From Candidatus Sumerlaeaceae bacterium (lineage in GTDB: Bacteria > Sumerlaeota > Sumerlaeia > Sumerlaeales > Sumerlaeaceae), in the NCBI GenBank assembly GCA_049968255.1, contig JBMFRB010000002.1, forward strand, positions 192,001 to 256,000: a stretch of 64,000 bases of DNA. Reading direction: 5' to 3'. The notes below the pieces were generated by a model. The model had not been told where the DNA came from. It made no database searches and was given only the letters and a program-made list of their open reading frames with translations. The position numbers and the translations under genes are program-made. Within the stretch, counting starts at the first letter, position 1. Each line of letters starts with the position of its first letter. Positions 9,628-18,549 of the stretch are shown piece after piece.

Positions 9628-10980
9628 TTATTCGAGAGCCGCTGACAGCGGCTTATGTTCGGGGCGAAAGGTGGGATCTGTCTGGGCAAAATAGTCGTTG
9701 ATAGCGTTGTAGAGCAAGATGGCGGTCAGCTTTTGGAATTTGGGATTAATGAGATACCGCAACTCATCGGTGTTTGTAATAAAACCAACCTCAAGGAGCA
9801 CTGCTGGCATATAGAAGTTTTTGAGCACGACGAAATTTGCGCTCTTGATCCCGCGGGCATAGCTACGAAAATAAGGGTGTTGTTGGAAAGAGCTAAGGAT
9901 TCGGGTGCAGACCACATAGCTTTCGTACTGCCAGCTTTCCAGTTTTTGCCGTTCGAGGTCTGTGAGCACTTGCGCAAGTAATGGGGTTCCTGCGCGCGTT
10001 GCAGAGCCGCCGGTCAGCACGTCAAGGTTTTCGCGTTCAGCCACGGCTTTAGCTGCGGCGTCATCGGCTCCCTTCTCACTGAGATAGAAAATCTCCATTC
10101 CGCGTGCATTTGGATTTCCCCCGCCGTCGTTCATGTGGATGGAAATAAAGAGGTCCCCTTTCTGCTTTTCTGCAAATGCGACGCGGTCAGGCAGAGGGAC
10201 AAGCACATCGCCAGTGCGCGTAAGCACCGCTACCATGTTTGGCGATGAGTCAAAAAGCTTTTTCAAATGATAAGCAAATTGCAGCGTCAGTTCTTTTTCG
10301 TAAACAACGCGGCCGTTGACCAGCGCCGTGCTCGACGCACCTTGATTTGCACCGCCGTGTCCTGGATCAATGACCACAATCTTTTTCGCTCCCTGACCCC
10401 GCCGACTCATGAGTGGCGAAAGAGCAGGCTCTGGGATGGGCGGGATTCGTGCCGAGGAGGTACGGTCGCGAATGACAATTGGGGACACCGCGTTGCCCTG
10501 TTTGGAAGTTGGCGTCATTAGGCCAGTGGCGAAAGGCGACGCTAACGGTGTAGTCGTCGCGAGCGTGTCAATGTAAAGACGAACGGGAGAAGTTTCGCGT
10601 TGGATTCGGAAAGCCTGAGCACGCTCTTTCACGTAGAAAACGAAACGCAGCACCCCATGCTCGGGATACGAGATGGATTCGACCTGGCGAACAAGGGAAT
10701 CATCGATGTCGAGCAGCCGTCGCTTGTACGGGGTCGCAATCCCATAAATATCCACGTAATAGAATCCTTTGTTGTGGATATTGTCTGCGGCGTTGACAAC
10801 CACGTCCTGATCAAGTTCGACAGCGAAGCGGGTTTTGTCGGGGGTGGATTCCCAAGAAATCCTTGTGACTGAGGCAGCACTGAGGGGTGACGCGACATGA
10901 AAACAGAGCATCAGTCCCAGGCCGGCACACAATGCGCGCGCTCTTGAAATAAAAGAAAACCATATATTAACGCGGCGCAT
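9628..10980 (-). CDS. N-acetylmuramoyl-L-alanine amidase (Amidase_3) with N-terminal AMIN-like domain
   Basis: Signal peptide; VVIDPGHGG, EKELTL, FISIH, NFVVLK and PAVLLEVGFITN motifs. Confidence 0.93.
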   Translation of the reverse strand: MRRVNIWFSFISRARALCAGLGLMLCFHVASPLSAASVTRISWESTPDKTRFAVELDQDVVVNAADNIHNKGFYYVDIYGIATPYKRRLLDIDDSLVRQVESISYPEHGVLRFVFYVKERAQAFRIQRETSPVRLYIDTLATTTPLASPFATGLMTPTSKQGNAVSPIVIRDRTSSARIPPIPEPALSPLMSRRGQGAKKIVVIDPGHGGANQGASSTALVNGRVVYEKELTLQFAYHLKKLFDSSPNMVAVLTRTGDVLVPLPDRVAFAEKQKGDLFISIHMNDGGGNPNARGMEIFYLSEKGADDAAAKAVAERENLDVLTGGSATRAGTPLLAQVLTDLERQKLESWQYESYVVCTRILSSFQQHPYFRSYARGIKSANFVVLKNFYMPAVLLEVGFITNTDELRYLINPKFQKLTAILLYNAINDYFAQTDPTFRPEHKPLSAALE

Positions 10981-11060
10981 CAACTTTCCTTGCGAGGGCG
11001 AGAATTCCTCTCGTCTGTGCTGTTCAGCGCATTGTGCTGTATGCGGCTCTTTCGGGAGCT

Positions 11061-11546
11061 CTAATAGGATGTTAGTTCCGCCACATGAGCCGTGATTCGC
11101 TCTTTTTCCGTTGGGTCAGTGCAGAGAGCAATGTACTGCTCCCATGCTTTGTGTGCGTCTGCCTTTTGCCCCAGACGCTCATAACAAAGCGCAAGATTGT
11201 AAGCTGCGTCCTGAAACTTGGGGTCGATCTCTAGTGCCTTTTGAAGGTGCTCGATGGCTTCCTGCCAACTGCCGTCTTCAATTGCTATTGCTGCGAAATT
11301 ATACAGATCAACCGCAGTTGCTTCCGAAAAACCCAATTGTTTTTTGACCCGCATCCGCTCGCTGTCGGGGAGAGAGAAGTAGAAGGCAAACCCATAGACT
11401 TCGAGTGCCTCATCTGTGTTTTCTCGCAGCAGCGAGCGAAATTGCCTCAGGTGCTCGTCGTAAAGGTCATCTTGCTTCTCAGTCGCGGCCGATGAGATCA
11501 CAGCTTCTGCGAGTTGTTCGGATTTTTGGTCGGCGGTTTTCGGCAT
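11061..11546 (-). CDS. TPR-repeat protein
   Basis: YNFAAIAIEDGSWQEAIEHLQKALEIDPKFQDAAYNLALCYERLG; SD CAGGAG upstream of the ATG at 11546. Confidence 0.85.
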   Translation of the reverse strand: MPKTADQKSEQLAEAVISSAATEKQDDLYDEHLRQFRSLLRENTDEALEVYGFAFYFSLPDSERMRVKKQLGFSEATAVDLYNFAAIAIEDGSWQEAIEHLQKALEIDPKFQDAAYNLALCYERLGQKADAHKAWEQYIALCTDPTEKERITAHVAELTSY

Positions 11547-11787
11547 TCCCAATACTCCTGCATAATTGGTTTGAACTGTACCTGAAACGATTCATGCAAC
11601 GGGACCAATTATTCGCCCTGCGTCTATAGTAAGCTCAGCTTTGTTTTATTTAGTCCGTGACCAGTTCTGCGAGATTCGGGATAAGGGAGAACTCGCCGAC
11701 TGCGTTGCTGGAGAAATATCGGGGGAAGGGAAAGCGACGGTTGCGCTAGCCGAATAAACCGAATAAAATAGCGTAAGACTATTGATT

Positions 11788-12897
11788 ATGGATAGCAAAG
11801 CAAAATTCACAAATCTAGAAGTCACGGAAGAGCTCCTTCAGCGGCTTCCTAAAACGGAACTGCACTGTCACCTCGATGGTTCCCTACGTGTTGAGACAAT
11901 TCTCGATCTGGCTGAACAACAGAAGGTGAAACTTCCTGCAAGCGATGTCGAGGGGCTACGTAAGTACGTTGTTGTGCCAGACGATTGTCCAAGCCTTGTG
12001 GATTATCTCAAAGCATTCGATTTGACCCTTTCCGTGATGCAAGAAGCTGATGCTCTCACGCGAGTCGCATACGAATTGGTCGAGGACTGTGCCCGAGAAA
12101 ACGTCCGCTATTTGGAGGTTCGCTACTCACCTATTCTGCATACACAAAAAGGGCTACGCCTCACACATATCGTTGATGCAGTGCTGGATGGGCTAGCGGC
12201 GGGTGAGAAAGATTTCGGCGTGAAAACTGGGGTCATTATTTGCGGAATGCGCAATATCAATCCCGAGACATCGTACCGTCTGGCGGAGCTGGCGATCGCT
12301 TACAAAAATCGCGGAGTGGTGGCTTTTGACCTCGCAGGTGCTGAAGAAGATTATCCAGCCAAAAAACACAAGGATGCATTTTTCCTGATCTTGAAAAATA
12401 ATATTAATTGCACTCTCCATGCGGGAGAAAGTTACGGTCCTGAGTCCATTCATCAGGCGATCCACTATTGTGGAGCTCACCGGATTGGTCACGGGACGCG
12501 CCTTAAAGAGGACGGAGATTTACTAAACTATGTAAACGACCATCGAATACCTCTCGAAATTTGCCTTACGTCGAACGTCCAAACCAAAGCGGTGAAAAGT
12601 TTCGAAGAACATCCCCTGCGCTTTTATTACGACTACGGGCTGCGAACAACGATTTGTACAGACAACCGCCTCATGAGTGACACCACGATTACGAAGGAGC
12701 TTTACCGCGCGCACAAATACCTAGGCTTTACGATGAGTGAGATCGTCGACCTCATTGTTTTCGGTTTCAAAAGTGCATTTTTGCCTTATCGTGCGAAGGT
12801 GAGGCTGCTTAAGAGCGTTTTCGACGAGTTGAATCAGCTCGCCCTGGAGCCAAAGACCCAGAAGCTCCACACGACAGCTCAGGCGGAGGCTCTCTAA
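11788..12897 (+). CDS. add: Adenosine deaminase
   Basis: PKTELHCHLDGS, FDLAGAE, HAGES, RIGHG, EICLTSN and TDNRLMS metal-binding motifs. Confidence 0.93.
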   Translation: MDSKAKFTNLEVTEELLQRLPKTELHCHLDGSLRVETILDLAEQQKVKLPASDVEGLRKYVVVPDDCPSLVDYLKAFDLTLSVMQEADALTRVAYELVEDCARENVRYLEVRYSPILHTQKGLRLTHIVDAVLDGLAAGEKDFGVKTGVIICGMRNINPETSYRLAELAIAYKNRGVVAFDLAGAEEDYPAKKHKDAFFLILKNNINCTLHAGESYGPESIHQAIHYCGAHRIGHGTRLKEDGDLLNYVNDHRIPLEICLTSNVQTKAVKSFEEHPLRFYYDYGLRTTICTDNRLMSDTTITKELYRAHKYLGFTMSEIVDLIVFGFKSAFLPYRAKVRLLKSVFDELNQLALEPKTQKLHTTAQAEAL

Positions 12898-12929
12898 CAA
12901 CCTCGCCATGCGTGCGAAAGAGTTTTTTG

Positions 12930-12962
12930 AGCGCTTCGCGCAAATGCGTGGAGCGCTTTTTT
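12930..12962 (+). terminator. Intrinsic terminator downstream of add
   Basis: Stem AGCGCTTCGCGC / GCGTGGAGCGCT (with G-U pairs), loop AAAT, followed by a T-run. Confidence 0.8.
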
Positions 12963-13042
12963 CGTTGGAAGTATCGAAGGGCCAGAGCCTCATGTCAGAA
13001 TCGAAAACTCCTGAATGAGAAAGAGCGCTGCAGGACCAAGCA

Positions 13043-14332
13043 GTGACGCGATTTGTTAACTTTTTATTTCTTTTGTGGATGGGTGTCCGGGACCGCTGGT
13101 CGCGCGTCGTCCTCTCGTCGTTTGCCTTGGCATTTGCTGTTGCCGTCACACTTGCGTCGTACTCTGTGGGATTCGGCTTGCTCCGACCTGCCGTGCGTCG
13201 CGCGGAAGAGATGTTTCCAAAGAGTATTGTTTCTGTCCGCCCGAAAGCGCTCGATATAGCGGCTTTTCGCTTCAATGCCACAACGCTCGACGATTCTGCG
13301 GTTGAGAAACTCGCGCGGCTTGATGGCGTGGAATTTGTCGCTCCCCAGCTAAGCCTGAAGATGCCACTGCGTGCCGAAGGTGATATTATGGGCCAAAGCG
13401 CAACCTCGGACTTAGTGGTTGTCGGAATAGATCCTAAGATCGTGCAAGACGATGTCGACATAGGATTTCGCTTCGACTATGACAAAGAGACTTCCTTACC
13501 GATCCCGTGCATCGTGCCCCACTTTTTCCTCGACATGTATAATTTGGCTTACGCCGATTCTCTCGGCTTGCCGAAAATCAGCGAGCGGTACCCGATTGGC
13601 AAAGAGTTCAGCTTGGTGCTTGGTGAAACCTACCTCTTCGGTGCTGACCAGGGGAAAGTGGTGCGCCTGCCTTGTCGAATAGTCGGTATCACGCGACAAA
13701 CCCCTCTTACGGTGGGTGTGCTCATTCCTCTCGGGCACGCCAAAGCGCTCAACGACTGGTATCACGGCGCACGTTCGCCGCAATACAACGCAGTGCATGT
13801 CAAACTGGCTGATCTTGGCAAATACGATCAAGTTACCAGTGCCATCCATGCAATGGGCTACGTGACAGAGAGCCCGGGCGAAACTCTCGATAAGTTTCTC
13901 CTGGTTGTCCGCATTGCTGGAATAAGCGTTGCCGTCTTCACACTTCTCGTGGGCGTCGTGGCCGCCGTTGCGGTCTTTAATGTTTACTCGTTAGCAATCT
14001 TAATCCGTCAAGCGGAATTCCAGGTGCTTCGTGCGGTAGGAGCAACAAAGAGCTTCTTGGCGTGTCTCCTATTGGCCGATGCGGCGATTGTAGGAGCCTG
14101 GAGTGGGACTCTCGGTGGGGGAGCCGCGCTGCTTGTCACTCGTGTTGTCGAGCGCGCTCTTTCCGACGTAGCTTCTCAGTTTTCATTTTTGCCGGCGATT
14201 CATTTCGTGTCCCCCACGGGGCTTATCGTAGGGGGGGTGATGCTGGGTATGGCGGTGGCTATCGCAATTACTGCGCCGCTTGTGTGGCTGGCTGTGCGAA
14301 ACAGTTGCGTGCGGCCAACATCTGCACTCTAG
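13043..14332 (+). CDS. ABC transporter permease, MacB/FtsX (LolC/E-like) family
   Basis: One N-terminal TM, a large periplasmic domain and three C-terminal TMs with RQAEFQVLRAVGAT (FtsX-type motif). Confidence 0.85.
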   Translation: MTRFVNFLFLLWMGVRDRWSRVVLSSFALAFAVAVTLASYSVGFGLLRPAVRRAEEMFPKSIVSVRPKALDIAAFRFNATTLDDSAVEKLARLDGVEFVAPQLSLKMPLRAEGDIMGQSATSDLVVVGIDPKIVQDDVDIGFRFDYDKETSLPIPCIVPHFFLDMYNLAYADSLGLPKISERYPIGKEFSLVLGETYLFGADQGKVVRLPCRIVGITRQTPLTVGVLIPLGHAKALNDWYHGARSPQYNAVHVKLADLGKYDQVTSAIHAMGYVTESPGETLDKFLLVVRIAGISVAVFTLLVGVVAAVAVFNVYSLAILIRQAEFQVLRAVGATKSFLACLLLADAAIVGAWSGTLGGGAALLVTRVVERALSDVASQFSFLPAIHFVSPTGLIVGGVMLGMAVAIAITAPLVWLAVRNSCVRPTSAL

Positions 14333-14410
14333 CCGCGGTCGGCGTTGACAGTTGCATTCTCCATGGTCCACTGTAGCTTGAGCTTGCTTTTTTATAGCTG
14401 AAGGTTTCAG

Positions 14411-14442
14411 AAAAAAAACCCGGCTGGTTACGCCCAGCCGGG
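14411..14442 (-). terminator. Intrinsic terminator of the pilin-like gene
   Basis: Perfect 9-bp stem CCCGGCTGG / CCAGCCGGG, followed on the minus strand by T8. Confidence 0.88.
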
Positions 14443-14471
14443 GCTCTGCTGCAATCGTCCGGCGTCTGGGA

Positions 14472-15104
14472 TTATTTGCCGGATTTGCCTTTCCAGCGAA
14501 TAATGTCGCCCGGCGAAATTGTGCCGTTGGTGGGGTCGTATTCAATGAAGGGCCCAGGATAAGCGGGGACCAGCACCGCGTATTTCTGGTCCGGGCCAAG
14601 ACTGAAAAGCAGCCACCCGCCGTCATCGGTATACGAGCTAGTTGATGGATTGTAGAAATCAGGATAATACTGGAAGAATTTGGCGGCGGTTGACGCAGAG
14701 ATGGCATCGAGCTGTCCTAGGACGCCTTCGCTATCACTGTTCGGGTTGCGGCCCCAGAGGACGTAAACACGGTTGAGAATGTCTGCGTCGACGTTGTTGA
14801 ACGGATCCGGAAACACGGAAGTGATGTAGGCCACCGGGGTAGTGAACGCCGAATTGATTCTCGTCCGTGTCCAGCTTGCGTTGGGGCGGTAAGTCCGGTA
14901 GAGCTTGTTGTTATCGACGATATAAGCCTCAATCGCCGTGGCGAAGCTTCGCATGTCCGCTTTCACCCGCGAGACTTTTGCTCGCGTTTGGGCCTCGAGG
15001 AAGTTCGGTACCGCGATTGCAGCAAGAATTGCAATGATGGCGACGACAATCAGCAGCTCAATGAGTGTAAAGCCGCTGCGCCGCGAAAGGAAACTGGGCT
15101 TCAT
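14472..15104 (-). CDS. Type IV pilin / T2SS pseudopilin-like protein (prepilin N-terminal cleavage/methylation motif)
   Basis: G|FTLIELLIVVAIIAILAAIAVPNFLEAQ; C-terminal SLGPD...YDPTNGTISPGDI; SD AAGGAG upstream of the ATG at 15104. Confidence 0.92.
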   Translation of the reverse strand: MKPSFLSRRSGFTLIELLIVVAIIAILAAIAVPNFLEAQTRAKVSRVKADMRSFATAIEAYIVDNNKLYRTYRPNASWTRTRINSAFTTPVAYITSVFPDPFNNVDADILNRVYVLWGRNPNSDSEGVLGQLDAISASTAAKFFQYYPDFYNPSTSSYTDDGGWLLFSLGPDQKYAVLVPAYPGPFIEYDPTNGTISPGDIIRWKGKSGK

Positions 15105-15634
15105 GGCAAACTCTCCTTTTTTTGAATTTAGGGAGAAGTAGGGCAATTCGAAATAGAATCCGAGACCACTTCTTCCCTTTTTACTACAGTTGTAAATCAT
15201 CTCGCTAGATGCAGTATTCAATAAAAATCTGCATGCGATTTGCGTTTTATTTCACATACAAATCTTTTGCCGCAAATGGAGCGTTCTTGCTTGGTTGTGG
15301 ATCGGTTTTACGGGGAGCCTTATTTCTCAGGTTGGGTGCGGCTTTGTCGTGGGCCGTATCTTTTGCGCCCCCGACACCCAGTGTTCGAAATCGCTGGGTC
15401 TTGGGTGCCGGGCTTCTGAGCAGTCAGCAAAGACGATTCGCGTGCAGTGGTGCGGTCACACCAGAAGGGAAAGAGGTTGGCGCCCAAAAAATGAAAAGCC
15501 ACCGCTTACTGCTGCCCCATGAGCACATGAGCCAGCTCGTTGCTTGCGATCTCCTGCAAGAATTTTTGTGTTGGGACAAAATGAAATAGCGCCCTGCGCT
15601 GTATTTGCGGTGCGAGCAGTGACGTTCTCTGGTT

Positions 15635-15711
15635 GGGCCTATAGCTCAGATGGTTAGAGCGCGCCCCTGATAAGGGCGAGGTCGGTAGTTCGACTCTACC
15701 TAGGCCCACCA
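15635..15711 (+). tRNA. tRNA-Ile (anticodon GAT)
   Basis: Acceptor stem GGGCCTA/TAGGCCC with ACCA end, D-arm AGCTCAGATGGTTAGAGC, anticodon arm CGCCC-CTGATAA-GGGCG, T-loop GTTCGAC. Confidence 0.97.
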
Positions 15712-15862
15712 TATTTTCTTTTGTAGCGCCTCTTCGCTACTGGGGGCCAAGCGAGCGCCGAGTCTGAACAGCCTCTTCTATCGCTGAGCTTGACAACCTC
15801 TCCCGTTCTAATCCAGACCTTATCGCGAACGTTGGCATGAACGAAAAAGGCAAGGTGCGACG

Positions 15863-16552
15863 ATGAAAATCATGCGCGGAGTTGTGGCGGCAACTGCTGT
15901 TTTTGCTATGTTCACGGTCTCTTGCAGGGCGGCCGATGAAGTTCAGCAGGCGCTAGAAAAGGTGAAACACGCCTTTTCAAAGGTCACGGGAGTGGAGGCT
16001 GTGGTAGAAACGCGTCATGAAACGAACGACCAGGACGTGATACTTACGCGCTCCCTTGTACTCTCCAAGAACTATGGATGGAAAATTGAGGAGGGAGTGG
16101 GAAAGCTTCACCGTCTCATCATCAACGACTTCCAGACTAACATTGTTTATTATCCTGAGCAAAAGCGTGCTCTGAAATTGAACGCAAAGTCTGCCGATAT
16201 CGCGTCGGAGTTTAAGAAGCCGGTGACTGACTTGAATCCGATTTTCTCTCTCGAACGTTCATCGCTCAAGCTTCTTGGCACTGAGGACCTAGACGGCGAG
16301 AAAGTGTATCATTTCGAAGGCACAACGACAACGCAGTTTCTGCGGTCAGGCAAACCAGTGAAAATCCGGATTGAGGCCTGGGTGGCCGAGCACGATGGTT
16401 TGCCGCGCAAGACCATTGAACGCTGGGAGGACCGAACAGGAACAACAATTTACCGTGACATTGTTTTGCGCGATGATTTGACAACAGATGTCTTCAAATT
16501 CACGCCGCCCTCCGGAGTGGAGATCATCGAAATTGGTGATGAAGCGCCCTGA
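15863..16552 (+). CDS. LolA-like periplasmic lipoprotein carrier/sorting protein
   Basis: Signal peptide; beta-rich fold ending in the LolA-family motif FKFTPPSGVEII. Confidence 0.75.
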   Translation: MKIMRGVVAATAVFAMFTVSCRAADEVQQALEKVKHAFSKVTGVEAVVETRHETNDQDVILTRSLVLSKNYGWKIEEGVGKLHRLIINDFQTNIVYYPEQKRALKLNAKSADIASEFKKPVTDLNPIFSLERSSLKLLGTEDLDGEKVYHFEGTTTTQFLRSGKPVKIRIEAWVAEHDGLPRKTIERWEDRTGTTIYRDIVLRDDLTTDVFKFTPPSGVEIIEIGDEAP

Positions 16553-16586
16553 CGATTCACGAGGGCCGGTCGCTCGTGATATTTGT

Positions 16587-16762
16587 GTAAGACCCCCGAA
16601 TTCGCCACTGATCCGAGGGAAAGCAAGGCGCAACTTTGCCCCTTCTCGTAGGCTTCGTGAGCGCGGTGCTTGCGATTCAGTGCGCAAAGCCAAATGTCAT
16701 GGTGGGGCTTCGAGCGAAGTTGCCCATGGAATGACGGACTATCGGGGGGAGGCCGGACTTAC
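16587..16762. ncRNA. Candidate structured ncRNA (long interrupted hairpin, 6S-like architecture)
   Basis: Five to six nested inverted repeats, read by eye, in a ~400-bp gap between convergent genes. Family not identified; strand probably + judging by G-U pairs. Confidence 0.5.
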
Positions 16763-16949
16763 TAACGAGCGGAGCGCAGCTAAACGACTCAGCTGTCTTG
16801 GGCCGCAGAGGTAGCAAATATCTTGCATTACGCGAGATGGGAATTCTCCTCACACTTTACCCACGCACGCTTGCGTACAGGGGCGTATGCGTACAACCGC
16901 GAGGCATCGCTCTCAGTAGGCATTTTTTTGACGTTGCACTCGAGCGAAC

Positions 16950-18368
16950 TCACGGACGTCGCGCCAATTCGCTGTCTTTTTTTGAGCCCACCACTGCCAG
17001 GCTCACCGACGCCAGAACCGCTTGCTGGGGTGGATAGTCAGCGAGTGTGGTTCGAGACAGGTAGGTGATATTTGTTGTGGGAATTGCCCCAGACTCATTG
17101 CGAATGAGCTTGAGTTCCGCTTTACCTGGCCTTAGCGCTCGCAAGTGAATGCGGGCCAGTGTCCCCGTTGCTCGCAGCGGCTGCAACTCGCAGCCTTCTT
17201 CGTAGATAATTACGCCTCGTTCGTTGTCGGCTCTGTTCCACTTGTGAAAATCGAAAGCGAACTCTTGGTGCGCAAACCCATCCTCGATGTTGATGCCACT
17301 GCGTATCCAATTTCCTTTGTCGAAATCCGTTACTTCAACCACGTCTGGATCGAACTGAAGATAGAGTTGCACATGATCAAAGGGATCTGCATAGGGGTTG
17401 TTCAGGATCACATCTACTGTCACTTCCTCACCTGGTTCGACAGTGTTGGCATGAGGGAGAAGGCGAAGGTGCATCGAGGGCATTGGGTTTTCGACTTGCG
17501 CGCTCGCGACGAGTAGCCCACCTCCGCTGACCTGCTCCACGATGTTTTTGTTAGCTCGTGGGCGAATGAGCACATTTGCGTGAATCACGCCGTCACCGCG
17601 AGACGTGGCCGTGCCTAAAACGCTTGTGTTCTTCAAGCGGACGTCACAGTAATCGTTGTCGAAATCGAACCGTATCTGTGCGGGATCTGCTGGAGCCAAA
17701 GCTTCCCAATAAAGCAGGGCAATGGCACGCTGGGGAAACTTTTGCGGCTCCTGCAGTCTGATGTGAAAAGCCATCACGCCGTCCCCTGATTCAAAAGCAT
17801 ACTCCACATCGTCTTGCAAGTAGGTAGCAATCGGCGCGAAATCCACAGCGAGAAGATTGAGAGACTGAGGCGGAAAGGTAATCCGTACGAAAAATTCGTC
17901 CGCTATTCCGTCTTTTGTATCGGCTGCCAACTCGGTGACAAAGGTATCGCCAGGTTTGACCACGCTGTCAAAAGGCCGAAAGAATAAAATGCTTCGCGCT
18001 TCGCTTCGTGCGGCAGTTGGGCCAGCTGGCGAGGGAGCAGGCGTTGGTCGGGCGCCTTGCTGGGGGGGCACGTACACCCGCACCGGTCCCTGAGGCGGTG
18101 GCGCACTGCCAGGCACGCCGCCGCCCGACTGGGGCGTGGGCTGCGGAGTCTGTTGCTGCTGGCGAGCTTCAGCAGCCTTTCGTGCCTCTTCTTCCTGTCG
18201 CCTTTTGTTCTCCTGAATGATTTGCTCAATGCGTCGTTGGTGGGCTTTGATGCGCTCCTCGCGGCTCATGGCGCGGATTTGATCCAACGAGGGCGTTGGT
18301 TCTTGAGCAAGAATGGGGCTGTAGCACACGACCACTAACGCAAATATTGACAAGAGTCTCGTTCTCAT
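16950..18368 (-). CDS. Secreted protein with coiled-coil, Pro/Gln linker and two cohesin-like beta-sandwich domains
   Basis: Signal peptide MRTRLLSIFALVVVCYSPILA. Repeats VKPGDTFVTEL...ITFPPQSLNLL and VEPGEEVTVDV...LQFDPDVVEV...GTLARIHLRAL..GKAELKL resemble cohesin. The ORF-track start at 18866 overlaps the methyltransferase and is too long. Confidence 0.75.
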   Translation of the reverse strand: MRTRLLSIFALVVVCYSPILAQEPTPSLDQIRAMSREERIKAHQRRIEQIIQENKRRQEEEARKAAEARQQQQTPQPTPQSGGGVPGSAPPPQGPVRVYVPPQQGARPTPAPSPAGPTAARSEARSILFFRPFDSVVKPGDTFVTELAADTKDGIADEFFVRITFPPQSLNLLAVDFAPIATYLQDDVEYAFESGDGVMAFHIRLQEPQKFPQRAIALLYWEALAPADPAQIRFDFDNDYCDVRLKNTSVLGTATSRGDGVIHANVLIRPRANKNIVEQVSGGGLLVASAQVENPMPSMHLRLLPHANTVEPGEEVTVDVILNNPYADPFDHVQLYLQFDPDVVEVTDFDKGNWIRSGINIEDGFAHQEFAFDFHKWNRADNERGVIIYEEGCELQPLRATGTLARIHLRALRPGKAELKLIRNESGAIPTTNITYLSRTTLADYPPQQAVLASVSLAVVGSKKDSELARRP

Positions 18369-18549
18369 TGCCTTGACCAGCTTTCGCGATGTGTAGCAGC
18401 ATAGGCAAGAACAATGCCACAGCGTCGTGCAGGCCATCGGATGCGTAGGCCCAGGCCCAGAAGGGGGGCGAATTGCGCCTGGGCTGCAAGAGGCAATCCG
18501 AAAGCGTTGTGAGCGCGGTTTGATATTTCCGACGGAGAGAAGGGACATC

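Noticed and set aside
15340-15415. GGGCGCAAAA on the minus strand upstream of the pilin, suggesting a c-di-GMP-I riboswitch
   Set aside because: The GNRA-capped P2 stem, upstream GG(C/U)AAA and P3 receptor are not recognisable.
16586-16625. TGTAA...GCCACTG...GGGAAAG resembling the 3' half of a cobalamin riboswitch; TCCGAGGGAAAGCA loosely resembling SRP RNA helix 8
   Set aside because: The upstream riboswitch core and B12 box are absent and no same-strand gene follows; the SRP CAGG...GNRA...AGCA geometry is not met. Kept only as an unclassified structured RNA.
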